Of a DNA stretch of 64,000 nt, positions 49,986 through 60,600 are shown piece by piece; the stretch's first letter is position 1, and every line of letters begins with the position of its first letter. The notes under the pieces were generated by a model. That model did no database searches and had not been told where the DNA came from. It worked only from the letters and a program-made list of their open reading frames with translations. The position numbers were made by a program, and so were the translations under genes. The DNA comes from Candidatus Forterrea multitransposorum CG_2015-17_Forterrea_25_41 (GTDB lineage Archaea; Iainarchaeota; Iainarchaeia; Iainarchaeales; CSSED10-239). The stretch spans positions 672,001 through 736,000 of the forward strand of contig CP045477.1 in NCBI GenBank assembly GCA_009392915.1, written 5' to 3'.

Positions 49986-51023
49986 TTAATTTAAACCAAG
50001 AGAAAAACACACTTCTCCATTTGAGTTTGTAACACAAACTGGTTCTAAATCATAGTATTCAGATAAATCTGGATGACTTACATAAAATGTAGCATCTCCT
50101 TCTGAAGAACTATCTGATGCTGAAAATCTATTAAGACAAAGGTTTACAGAACCATTAGAATTTGTTTGTGCACTACAAAGTGCATATTCTGGAGCATCTT
50201 GAACAGGAAGTGTAAACTCTAACATCTTTTCATCAGAATTACCATTTTGATCTATTCCTGTAAAATAAAAATTAAAAACTCCTTCTTGATTACAAGAAAT
50301 ATTACTTGCAAGTTCTTCTTCTGGATTAAGACTTGAGAAAGTATGTATGAATAATCCTTCTGCTGTTGCAGGAACTTGAGTTCCATCGTAACTACATGCA
50401 TTACTTAAAACAATTTCATTAATTGCAGAGTTATATGTTTTTACAACTAAACTAACATCAACTAATTGTTCTTCAGTTGAATTAAAATCTATACTTAAAG
50501 TTGTAGGATAAGGTTGATTTACATTTGCACTTGCTGTTGGATGTGGACTTAAATTTAAAATAAATGTATTAGGAAGAGAATTTCCATATTCACAAGAAGA
50601 ATAATCTATTTCACAAGAAACACAATTATAAACATCATTAATTAAAAAATAACCAAATGGAAGATTATCTATACAACCTTCAGAATCTGGACCTAAAACA
50701 ATAGAACCATTCACCCATTCACATTCCTCGCCAGTATTTAAAACATTATCTCCACAAACACCACCTGGAATTGGGTCAGGATCATCATTACCTACTCCTC
50801 CAGAACCACCAGCATTACCATCCCCACCGCCTACAGAACCTAAGCCATCACCATCTCCTGATGGAATATAGTTAGATAGATCTACTTCTGGTATATCTTG
50901 AGTATTATCTATTTTTTTATTAATGTTAGATAAATAAAATGTTGCAAAAACAACACTACCTAAAACTATAACACCTATAATAATTATTGCTTCTAAAGAA
51001 ACCTGTCCTTTATCTCTAATCAT
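49986..51023 (-). CDS. Pilin-like protein with a class III signal peptide, a Gly-rich linker and a Cys-rich globular domain.
   Basis: 'MIRDKGQVSLEAIIIIGVIVLGSVVF' (prepilin-type). Then 'GDGDGLGSVGGGDGNAGGSGGVGND' followed by more than 12 Cys. Confidence 0.55.
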   Translation of the reverse strand: MIRDKGQVSLEAIIIIGVIVLGSVVFATFYLSNINKKIDNTQDIPEVDLSNYIPSGDGDGLGSVGGGDGNAGGSGGVGNDDPDPIPGGVCGDNVLNTGEECEWVNGSIVLGPDSEGCIDNLPFGYFLINDVYNCVSCEIDYSSCEYGNSLPNTFILNLSPHPTASANVNQPYPTTLSIDFNSTEEQLVDVSLVVKTYNSAINEIVLSNACSYDGTQVPATAEGLFIHTFSSLNPEEELASNISCNQEGVFNFYFTGIDQNGNSDEKMLEFTLPVQDAPEYALCSAQTNSNGSVNLCLNRFSASDSSSEGDATFYVSHPDLSEYYDLEPVCVTNSNGEVCFSLGLN

Positions 51024-51228
51024 AACTCTCCCACCAAAATTAATAAAATATATTATTATTAGTTAATGGAAATATTTATAAAACTATTTAGTTTGGAATT
51101 TCACAACATATGATGAATAAATCATATATCTTTATAAACATTTACAACCAATATATACTTTGAAAACATAAAATCGCCTTATACCAACACCTCAACAAAA
51201 TGTTTTTAAAAAAGAGGAGAGAAATACC

Positions 51229-51879
51229 ATGACAAAAAAAGAAAACAATTTAATGTATATTAAAATTCTTTTAGGTGCAATCTTAGCAGTTTTAGTTTTA
51301 TTATTAGTATTGAATCTATCAAACAATAATAAAACAGCAGATGCTTTTTTAAAAGAAACAACAAGTAAAACAGATAACCAAGCAAATCATTTTTTAGGAA
51401 ATGAAGATGCACCTTTAGTAATGTATGAATATTCTTCTTTTACATGTCCTTTTTGTAAAAGATATCAAATAGATGATCAAACTTTTGAAACTATTAAAAA
51501 AGAATATATAGATACAGGAAAAATTAAATATGTTTATCAACACTTTGTAAGAAACGAAATAGATATTAAAGCTGCAAATGCTGCTGAATGTGCAGGAGAA
51601 CAAGATATGTTCTTTGAATATAAAAAGAAACTTTATGAAAATCAAACAGATTTACCAAAAGAAGAATTTTCAAAGTATGCACAAGAACTTGATTTAGATG
51701 TTACAGCTTTTGAAAGTTGTCTTGCAGAAAACAAATATGTAAACAAAATAACACAAGATAAACAAGATGGTGTTAATAAAGGAATTAGTGGAACACCAGG
51801 ATTTATTGTTGGTAACCAAAGAATATCTGGTGCTCAAGACTATCAAGTCTTTAAAGCAGCAATAGATGAACAACTATGA
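51229..51879 (+). CDS. DsbA-like thioredoxin-fold thiol:disulfide oxidoreductase (secreted or membrane-anchored).
   Basis: N-terminal TM, then 'YSSFTCPFCKRY' (CxxC) in a thioredoxin-fold context, and a 'GTPGFIVG' cis-Pro region. Confidence 0.7.
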   Translation: MTKKENNLMYIKILLGAILAVLVLLLVLNLSNNNKTADAFLKETTSKTDNQANHFLGNEDAPLVMYEYSSFTCPFCKRYQIDDQTFETIKKEYIDTGKIKYVYQHFVRNEIDIKAANAAECAGEQDMFFEYKKKLYENQTDLPKEEFSKYAQELDLDVTAFESCLAENKYVNKITQDKQDGVNKGISGTPGFIVGNQRISGAQDYQVFKAAIDEQL

Positions 51880-52371
51880 ATCTAAATTTACATCTATTAA
51901 AAATAATAGATGCTAATAAAACAAAGAAAGATAAATTAATTTTTATTCTTTCTTCTTTTTTTTATTTAACATCAATAATAATAGTAAATAAAGTATACAT
52001 CACTTATAAAAACATTATTTTTATTTGAAAAAACTTTTTTTATAACATTTATTTTTATAAATATAATAATTGCAATTCTATTTGGAATAATTATTAATTT
52101 ACTTAGAAAAAGAATAAAAGATTCAAAAGAGATAAGACAAAAAATAGGTCTTGCACCAGTTGGTGTTTTTTTAGGAATCTTAGGTGGTGCATGTCCAGGA
52201 TGTGTAACTGGCTTATTACCTTTAATACTTAGTTTATTTGGAATAAGTTTTTCATTATTATCATTACCATTTAATGGTTTAGAATTATTATTGCTTTCAA
52301 TAATATTAATGATGGTTTCTATTTATTATTTAACAAAAGAACAAAGAGTTTGTAAAATAAATTATTTATAA
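51876..52371 (+). pseudogene. Small polytopic CxxC membrane protein, translationally coupled to dsbA. It needs a +1 frameshift (or non-ATG start) near 51988..52028. Possible DsbA redox partner.
   Basis: An ATG at 51876 overlaps the dsbA TGA (ATGA). Frame 0 ORF 'MNLNLHLLKIIDANKTKKDKLIFILSSFFYLTSIIIV...' stops at 52026. Frame +1 is open 51988..52371 and encodes three TM helices with 'GGACPGCVTGLLPL'. The overlap is homopolymer-rich. Confidence 0.3.
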
Positions 52372-52430
52372 AAAAAATAGAAAAGAAAGATTAAATAATA
52401 TTTAACCTTTTTTATATTAATAGACAAAAA

Positions 52431-53102
52431 TTATTTTAATTTTTTAGATAACATTTCATTTTTCTTCTTTAAATCATAAATCATTCCAGCATAACCATGA
52501 ACCATATCAACAATTGTTTGAAGAGAATTTTGAAGATCAGAAATTCCAACATTTAATTTTTCTGGTTTTATAACATCAATTGCAGTTACACCATAATAAT
52601 AAATTAATCTAAATAAATGAAATAAATCAGCACAAGAAACTTCTGCAGAAATATATGTTGAAAAAAGATCATCATGAACAACTATATCTGCTAAAGTAGA
52701 ATCATACACAAAGTATGCAGAATCTTCTTTAAGAGATTTTAATATTTTTTCCATAGCTTCTCTTAAAACTGTTTTATCATCAGATTTAGATTCTATAATT
52801 ATTGAGACTCTTATTAAATTTTTATCATTTTCAGATAATTCTTTTCTTCTTTCTAAAGTTTTTTTAATTTCATCAGATAAATGATACTTAACAGGGAAAC
52901 CTTCTTTTTTAATTAACTTTAAAGAAAGCATGTTTTTTAAAACAGTTAAAATTTCTTCATAACTTGCATTTGAAAACTCTTTTTTTAAATCATCATCTGT
53001 CTTTGGAGATTTATGAAGAGATTTTGCAATTAAGTCTCTTAAGTTTTTTAAATTATTTTCTTTTTTTATTTCTTGTTCTTTAAAGGATATTTCTTCAGCC
53101 AT
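52431..53102 (-). CDS. Hypothetical protein (possible regulator).
   Basis: 223 aa and helical. No confident motif. Confidence 0.3.
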   Translation of the reverse strand: MAEEISFKEQEIKKENNLKNLRDLIAKSLHKSPKTDDDLKKEFSNASYEEILTVLKNMLSLKLIKKEGFPVKYHLSDEIKKTLERRKELSENDKNLIRVSIIIESKSDDKTVLREAMEKILKSLKEDSAYFVYDSTLADIVVHDDLFSTYISAEVSCADLFHLFRLIYYYGVTAIDVIKPEKLNVGISDLQNSLQTIVDMVHGYAGMIYDLKKKNEMLSKKLK

Positions 53103-53473
53103 AATTAATCATTTTTTATAAGTATATATAGAATATAGAATACAAAATACTTAAAAATAGAAGGTAAAAATATATTTTAGGAAAAACAATAAATTTACAC
53201 ACATTATGTATATTAATATTATTGGTGTGTAGACAAAAGTTAAAAGGTTTGCATCTTTTTTAACTAGTATGCTTTAAGCTAGAATTTATATTAAAGTTAA
53301 GGATTGTTTGCTTAGGTAGGTTTTTCTTAATTTTAATCGTTTACACACCATTTTTAATTTAAACTATTTTTTTTTTAAAATTAATAATAATATTTTCATA
53401 AATCTATAAAACAAAAAGTATTTATTTAATAAGAAGTATAAAATATAAATAAACACACAAATAAAGATTATTT

Positions 53474-53764
53474 ATGAATATATTATTTTTAGCAACAGAA
53501 GTTACAAAAGAAAGTACAAAAGTATTAACATTAAATCCAATGTATTTAGTGTATGCAGTCATACTTATTATTTTAACTGTAATATTCATTAAAGTTTTTA
53601 AAAATGTAATTGTAAATAGTATAATTGGTGTTGTTGCTTTATTATTTTTAAATTATGTTTTAAACATTAAACTCCCTTTTCTAATAACTTTAATAATAAC
53701 AGTTATTTTTGGTCCTGCAGGTCTTGGTGTTATGCTTGTTTTAAAATTCTTTGGTGTAGTGTAA
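53474..53764 (+). CDS. Small membrane protein (2-3 TM).
   Basis: 96-aa hydrophobic ORF directly upstream of the paralog-family gene. Confidence 0.3.
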   Translation: MNILFLATEVTKESTKVLTLNPMYLVYAVILIILTVIFIKVFKNVIVNSIIGVVALLFLNYVLNIKLPFLITLIITVIFGPAGLGVMLVLKFFGVV

Positions 53765-53769
53765 GATTT

Positions 53770-54567
53770 ATGAATTCAAGATTTATAAATTTTTTTAAAC
53801 TTAATAAAGAAAAAAAAACTACATTACAACCAAAAATAAACTTTAGTTTAAAAAAAGCAATTAAAGGAAAAAAAGAAAAACTAGAAATTACAACTAAAGA
53901 AAATAAATATAAAAAAATAATGTATACTAAAAAAGCAAAAGACTTAATTAAAAATACACCTGGACTTTTAAGAGAGATTAGAGAATATTTAGAAGGTAAA
54001 AAATATAGGCCTAAAGTATACACTGTGTTTTTAAATAAAGAAAAAGTAAGACTTAGAATAGAAGAAATAAATAGACCTTCAAAAAACAGTATTTTAACAA
54101 ATAATTTTTATAAAATAGAAATTAAAGATGGAAAAGAAATCCATAAATTTTTTGTTAAAAAAAAGAAAATTACAACAAATACTCTTTGCTGCATAGGAAC
54201 TAGAGAAATGCAAGCTTTAGATATTATTAATCAAGCAGGATTTAATATTATTAAACCACATTTTGCATATAAAATAAAAGGAAAAGAAAGTTTTATTTTT
54301 TATGAGTATCAAGATAAAATAATTGATGCTGAAAAAGCTTTTCTTGAAAGAAAAATAAACTCTGAAGATGTTAAACAAATTTCAAGAAAATTAAATAATC
54401 TAGAAACAAGACTTAATGATTTTATAAAAGTAAAATATCCTAATGAAAATTTTAAAATCACAGATATTTCTTCAAGCACACAAAAAGAAAAACATGCTCT
54501 CCCTGTTTTTATTGATTTTGAAAACAAGAAACTATTTTTATTTGATCCAATACTTTCAAAAAATTAA
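53770..54567 (+). CDS. Uncharacterised protein, member of the 'PVFIDFENKKLF' paralog family.
   Basis: 'ALDIINQAGFNIIKPHFAYKIKGKESFIFYEYQDKIIDAEKAF...HALPVFIDFENKKLFLFDP', paralogous to 32784..33587. Confidence 0.35.
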   Translation: MNSRFINFFKLNKEKKTTLQPKINFSLKKAIKGKKEKLEITTKENKYKKIMYTKKAKDLIKNTPGLLREIREYLEGKKYRPKVYTVFLNKEKVRLRIEEINRPSKNSILTNNFYKIEIKDGKEIHKFFVKKKKITTNTLCCIGTREMQALDIINQAGFNIIKPHFAYKIKGKESFIFYEYQDKIIDAEKAFLERKINSEDVKQISRKLNNLETRLNDFIKVKYPNENFKITDISSSTQKEKHALPVFIDFENKKLFLFDPILSKN

Positions 54568-54615
54568 AAAAAAGTTGATTTCTTTTTAAAAAATCAACTT
54601 AATTTAGTTTACTAC

Positions 54616-55113
54616 TTATTCATTCCAACCAAACTTATAACCTTGTGAAGTTACAATTTGGTTGTTTTTAATAGAATCAATATACAAGTAATATGTATCA
54701 CTACATTTATTATCATATCCTTCTAAAATAACATATCCTCTTACATCTTTATTCATTTTTGGATCAAGATATGCACCAGGAAAACCTACATTATCACTAG
54801 AAGTTACTTTTAATTCCATTAGGTTTGCAGAAGCATCTTTTAAATATACTTTATATCTTTGATCTTCTCCTTTAGGAACCCAATCAAAAGTAAAATATGC
54901 TTTATCACCTGCAACACAATCTTGATATTGCGCATTTACATTTATAATATAAGCAGGAAGAGGAGCATTATTACCTTGAGCAGTAATTTTAATTGCATCT
55001 CCTGTAGTAGTTAATGTAGTGGTTACAATTATTCCTAAGATTAATCCTAAGATTAAACCAAATAAACCATACACCATTATTTGTTTTTTATTTTTCATTT
55101 TTAAAAACCTCAT
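54616..55113 (-). CDS. Membrane-anchored protein carrying the same conserved domain found at the N-termini of the pilin-like proteins 11538..12812 and 57654..62858.
   Basis: N-terminal TM 'IMVYGLFGLILGLILGIIV'. 'VNAQYQDC...YFTFDWVPKGEDQRYKVYL...KCSDTYYLYIDSIKNNQIVTSQGYKFGWNE' is paralogous to the other two. No canonical class III cleavage motif. Confidence 0.45.
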   Translation of the reverse strand: MRFLKMKNKKQIMVYGLFGLILGLILGIIVTTTLTTTGDAIKITAQGNNAPLPAYIINVNAQYQDCVAGDKAYFTFDWVPKGEDQRYKVYLKDASANLMELKVTSSDNVGFPGAYLDPKMNKDVRGYVILEGYDNKCSDTYYLYIDSIKNNQIVTSQGYKFGWNE

Positions 55114-55202
55114 TTTAATTTTTATAAATTATAATTAATTAAAGATATTGTTATAGAAAACCTTTATAAAATAAACTTTTAAAAAAAAAGAAAGAAAACA
55201 AA

Positions 55203-56311
55203 ATTGTGTTGCATAACTCTTTTTAAAAGTATTGTCTAACCTATTTTATTACTAGATAAAGGAGGTTAGACAATATGAATATTAAGAACGAAAAGATTAA
55301 TAAAAGGAACTGGTCAAAGATAAATTATGGAAAAACAAGACAAATCTTGTTTTTACTAGATAAAAACATTATTTTTAGTGAAAATGAAAGACTAGTTTCC
55401 CAAAATAAAAACAAACCAGGAAGACAATTTATATATAGTGATAGAATAATAGAACTATTAATTGATCTTAAAAATTATTTTAAATTTGATTATCGTAAAC
55501 TACAGGCATTCTGCCTGTTGTTTAATAATGTTATAAAAATAAAAACACCTGACTTTACAACTATTTGTAGAAGAATGCACAAATTAGAATTATTTCTAAA
55601 AAATATAAAAACAAAAAAAGAACCAACCTTTATAGCTATAGATGGTTCTGGACTTCAAACTACTAATCGAGGAGAATGGCTTAGATTAATACACAAAAAA
55701 GGAAAAATAAACTTAAGAAATGGATTTGTAAAATTAGTGATTGCAACAGATGTTGCATCTGGAGAAATAACTGGAGTGTATATTTCAGATGATTCTGATT
55801 TTGAAAATAAAAGCTTATCAGATTTATTATACCAAACAATAAATAATCAAAACCAAGAAGTCAAAGGACTTCTTGGAGATGGGGCATACGATTCTTATGA
55901 TAACTTTGATATGCTTGATGATATGGGAATAAAACCAATTATCAAAATCAGAAAGAATGCAATTACAACAGAACCTAATGACGATTATTTAAAAAGAAGA
56001 AGAAAACTTGGAAAAAAGAAAAAAATAAAAAGAATTGAAGTTGCAAAAAAGCAACTTAAAAATGTAGATGACTGGAAACAAAAAAATGAGTATAATAAAA
56101 GGTGGGTTGTTGAATACACGTTTAGTGTATTCAAAAGACTATTCGGACATAGTGTGTACTCTAAAAGAAAGAAATATGTCAAAAATGAAGTAATTTCTAA
56201 AGTAAATTTGTATAATAAATTATTAAATATCAATTAAGAAAAAAATAAAATGAATTAAAAAAAGAAATAAGCTAAAAATATTGTGTAAAACACAATATTT
56301 GTGCAACACAA
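55203..56311 (+). mobile_element. Insertion sequence (IS4/IS5-superfamily) with imperfect terminal inverted repeats, flanked by 26-bp direct repeats.
   Basis: IRL 'attgtgttgcataa' (55203..) and IRR 'ttgtgcaacacaat' (..56311). The direct repeat 'ttttaaaaaaaaagaaagaaaacaaa' sits at 55177..55202 and 56312..56337. Confidence 0.7.
55275..56237 (+). CDS. DDE transposase (IS4/IS5 family).
   Basis: 'IAIDGSG' (D), 'LLGDGAYDSYDN' (D) and 'YNKRWVVEYTFSVFK' (Y-x2-R-x3-E-x6-K). Confidence 0.75.
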   Translation: MNIKNEKINKRNWSKINYGKTRQILFLLDKNIIFSENERLVSQNKNKPGRQFIYSDRIIELLIDLKNYFKFDYRKLQAFCLLFNNVIKIKTPDFTTICRRMHKLELFLKNIKTKKEPTFIAIDGSGLQTTNRGEWLRLIHKKGKINLRNGFVKLVIATDVASGEITGVYISDDSDFENKSLSDLLYQTINNQNQEVKGLLGDGAYDSYDNFDMLDDMGIKPIIKIRKNAITTEPNDDYLKRRRKLGKKKKIKRIEVAKKQLKNVDDWKQKNEYNKRWVVEYTFSVFKRLFGHSVYSKRKKYVKNEVISKVNLYNKLLNIN

Positions 56312-56366
56312 TTTTAAAAAAAAAGAAAGAAAACAAATAAAAACATAAACTTCTTAAATATTAAAT

Positions 56367-57641
56367 ATGCAAACATTTAATTGTGATCTTCATTATCACT
56401 CTCCATATGCAGCCGCTTGTTCTAAAAACATAACCATACCTTTACTTGCACAAGAAGCTAGAAAAAAAGGTTTAGATATTTTAACTACAGCAGACATCCT
56501 ACACCCTGTTTGGCTTAATCACGTTAAAGAAAACTTAATTGAAGAAAATGATTGTTTTAGATACAAAGAAATCATTGAAGGAAAAAAAATATATTTTCTC
56601 TTAGGAACAGAAGTTGAAACTGAAGGAAGAGTACATCATCTTCTTTATTTTAAAAATTTTAAACATATTGAAGAATTTAAAAAAGAAATTAAAAACTTTT
56701 GTCAAGATATGTCTGTTTATGGAAGTGGAAGAACAAAACTTAAAACTACTGCAGAAAATTTATTAAACCTCTGTAAAAAACTAGAAATAATTATTGCTCC
56801 TGCACATGTCTTTACCCCTTATTTTGGAATATTTGCACATTTTAATTCTTTAAAAGAGGCGTATGGTAAAAACTGGGAATATGTTAAGTTTATTGAACTT
56901 GGACTTTCAGCAGATACAAAAATTGCAAACACAATTCCAGAACTTAAAAATATTAAATTTTTTTCATTTTCAGATTCTCATTCTCCTTTAAGTTATAGAA
57001 TAGGGAGAGAATATATTTCTCTTGAGATGGAAAGAGCAAACTTTTCTTCTTTTAAAGATCTACTTGAAAATAAAAAAGGAAAATTACTTTATAATGTAGG
57101 ATATAACCCAAGAGAAGGAAAGTATGGTTTAACTGCTTGCTCTAAATGTTATCAACATTATACTTTAAAACAAGCTATTGAAAATAAATGGAAATGTTCT
57201 GTTTGTAAAAAAAGTATTAAAAAAGGAGTTTTAGAAAGAGCAGAAGAAATGGCAGCCTTACAAGGTAACTCTTCTTTAAAACAAATAACAAAAAGACCAG
57301 ATTATAAATATCTAATGCCTTTAGCTCAAGTTATCCAGATTGCAATTAATCAAAAAAATATTAATCATAAAAAAGTTATTGAAATTTATGATAAGTTTAT
57401 TGAAAAGTATACAGAGATTGAAACTATGCAAAGTATTCCTTTTGAAAAACTAAAAGAGATTGATGAAAATATTGCAAAGTACATTATTTCTTTTAGAAAA
57501 GACTTAGTTGTTTTCCATCCTGGCGGTGGAGGAAATTACGGAACTCCATTTATATTTTTCACAAAAGAAGAAAAAGAAAAAAAAGAAAAAGAAATTAATG
57601 AAAATCTTTATCTAAAAGATCTTCAAAAAAAATTATTTTAA
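56367..57641 (+). CDS. PHP-domain metal-dependent phosphoesterase with an internal C4 zinc ribbon.
   Basis: N-terminal 'CDLHYHSPYA' (PHP motif I). 'CSKCYQHY...CSVCKK'. 424 aa. Confidence 0.5.
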   Translation: MQTFNCDLHYHSPYAAACSKNITIPLLAQEARKKGLDILTTADILHPVWLNHVKENLIEENDCFRYKEIIEGKKIYFLLGTEVETEGRVHHLLYFKNFKHIEEFKKEIKNFCQDMSVYGSGRTKLKTTAENLLNLCKKLEIIIAPAHVFTPYFGIFAHFNSLKEAYGKNWEYVKFIELGLSADTKIANTIPELKNIKFFSFSDSHSPLSYRIGREYISLEMERANFSSFKDLLENKKGKLLYNVGYNPREGKYGLTACSKCYQHYTLKQAIENKWKCSVCKKSIKKGVLERAEEMAALQGNSSLKQITKRPDYKYLMPLAQVIQIAINQKNINHKKVIEIYDKFIEKYTEIETMQSIPFEKLKEIDENIAKYIISFRKDLVVFHPGGGGNYGTPFIFFTKEEKEKKEKEINENLYLKDLQKKLF

Positions 57642-57653
57642 AAAATACTAATT

Positions 57654-60600
57654 TTAAACAGGGATTTGTACTCTTACAATTACAACTCCAGAACCACCTG
57701 AAAGACCTCTTGTACCACTACCAGAAGCTTTTCCATCCCCACCATTACCAGTATTTGGAGCACCTGCAGAACCACTATTTTCACGAGAATTACCTCCTGC
57801 AGCATAAATTACATTTGATCCAGTTATGTCATTTGAGGTACCAGGTCCTCCTACACCATATCCAGGAGGAGATGCCCAACAACTACCAGAACCTCCAGAA
57901 CCAGTACCACCTCTATTTTGAGGAGGACAAGCATAATTTGTAGAAGATGATCCTCCAGAACCTCCAGATGCTATTGTTCCATTAAAGAAAGAATACCCAC
58001 CTGCAGTTCCTGCTGTATTATAAGATCCACCAGATCCACCAGATCCCACTACAACATCATAAGTGTCAGCAGAACTGGATACAAGTCCATAATATCTATA
58101 TTGGCCGGCATTTCCACCATTACCATTATAACCACCACCACCACCACCACCGCCGACGACTAAGTATTCTAACATATACATTGGGAAGTCTATATTTATA
58201 GTGTAAGTTCCAGTACCACTTCTAAATTTATGAACACGGTATGCATAACCTCCTGAAATTCCCTCGGTTACTGTTGCTGTACCTGTGTGAGTAGTAATTA
58301 TTTTTCTAACCTTTAAAGTGTAGGTTGCAGAGGTTGCACCTTGTGTAACATTAACAGTAATTGTTTTTAAATTACCATCAGAAATGCTTATAGGGCTTGA
58401 TGCTGATCCAGATGAAACAGTTGAACCATTTACAGTTATTGTTCCAGTACCAGTAGGAGTTACAGTAATACTGTTAGTTGTACTAATTAAATAAAAAATA
58501 TCATTATAATTATATGTATTTGAATTAAAAGCAAATCCAGAAGGATTATTACTTAATTCTAAATTTGAAAGACCAGCAGGAATTGTTACGTTTATACTGC
58601 TTTGACTTCCCCAACAACCGTTTGTAGATCTTGCTCTAAAATAATAGGTGCCATTAGAATTTACTGTTTGAGGAGTGCCTCCTAAAGAGGTACTAGTACC
58701 CATTGATGTAGTTCCTTGGAAATATATAGTTCCACCTGAACCACCAGTTGCAGAAATGGTTGCAAACCCAGGACCACTATTTTGAAGAGATATACTTACA
58801 CTTCCTGGTTGAGAAAGTATAGTTGCAGTAACTGGAACTCTTGTTGTTAAATTACAAGTTCCGCCTGTCACTCCTACATAATAAGTTGTTGTCCAATTTA
58901 GAAGTGGAGTTGTAAAACTATTTCCTGTTGCAATTGGAGAACCACCAGTTGATGAAGTATACCATTCAATAGTTCCGCTTGTTGTAGTTGCACCTAAAGT
59001 TACAGAACCATTACCACATCTTTCTCCAGGAGTAACATTTACTGTTGGTGGAGATGCAATAGTCACTGTTTTTGAAACACAACTTGTTGTATTACAAGTA
59101 CCTGAAAGTCTTGCATAATAAGTTGTAGTTGAGGTTGGACTTACAGTTAAACTTGAAGAAGATCCTAATGAAATTGCAGTCCCACAAGTTCCAGCATACC
59201 ATTGATATGTAGCACCAGTTCCAACAGTTCCACCTATTGCAGTTAAAGTAGTTGGAGATCCAGAACATACACTTGTATTTCCAGTAATTGAGGTTGGAGC
59301 AACTGAAGGTGTATTAAATGAAACAGTTGCACTTCCTTGAGTACCCCAAGTACCAGAAGTAGATCTTGCTCTAAAATAATAAGTTCCAGGACTTGAAACA
59401 ACTTCTGATGTTGAAGCATTCATTGTACTGGTACCATTAGAAGTTGTGCCTTGATAATAAATTGTTCCATTAGCACCACCAGTTGCAGTTAAAGTTGCAT
59501 TAGCATTACAAGTTGCCCCACCACCTAAAACAGTTACTGGATCAGGAGTTATATCTACATTATAATAACCTTGAACTAAATCACTTGAAGTCCATCCTGT
59601 TTTATAAGCAATTGCTTTTAATGGAGTTGGAGAGTTAATTAAAACACTTTCTCCATGATTAATAACATTTACTCCACCTTGAACAGGTGTAGAGTTGTCT
59701 AAAGTATAACTGATTTGTGCTCCAGGCACAGAAGTAATAACTACATTTTGTGCAGTTGAATAAGTTCCAGGTAAAGGACTAAAGGTTGGTGAATTTAGTT
59801 TAAAAGTATAATCTGCTTGAGAAACAGAACTTTCAAGATAACCAGACTTGTAAACTATTGCTTTTAAAGTTTGATTTCTGGTTACAGGGATTGAAGTTCC
59901 GAGATATTGAGTTGAACTTGATGTTGGAGTATCACCATTGGTTGTGTAATAAATACTATAAGGAAGAGGAGTTGTAGTTGATAGATCTACAAAAATATTA
60001 TTATTGTATGTTCCTGAAGGACTTGAGAAAGTAGCAGGATTTGCAATTAATTGAACAGTGAAAGTTTGTGTGGCAACAGGACTGGTTGAATAACCAAAAG
60101 CATAACAAACTGCTTTTAAAGTTGTAGTGGATGTAAAATTAATTGGAGAAGAATAAACTGTTCCATCATCTCTTGTTGGATCAGTTCCATCAGTTGTATA
60201 TCTTATGGTGCTTGAAGGTGTGGAACAACTTAAAGTAACATTAACACTATTTGTGTGGGTTCCACCGTTTGGTGAAAAGGTAGGAGTTGCAGCAGGAGCA
60301 TTTATAGTGTAAACACCAGTTGAAACATCACTTGAAGTCCAACCTGTTTTGTAAGTGATTGCACGTAAAGTAGAGGTTGAAGTGATTGGAACAGTTGACT
60401 CTCCACTATTGATTTGTGTACCAGTTGTCTGTGTTGGAGTTGCTCCATTTATAGTGTATCTGATTTGGGCACCAGCAACAGAAGTTATTGCTACAGATTG
60501 AGAATCTGAATATGCACCAGGAGAAGGACTAAAGGTTGGTGCATTTAATTTGAAGACATAATCTGCTTGAGTGACAGAACTTGCAAGATAACCAGGCTTA

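Noticed and set aside
53770-54567. Calling the 'IDFE' paralog family protein kinases.
   Set aside because: Only the C-terminal DFE-like motif is present. The family has no recognisable glycine loop, VAIK lysine context or HxD catalytic loop, so a kinase call is unsupported.
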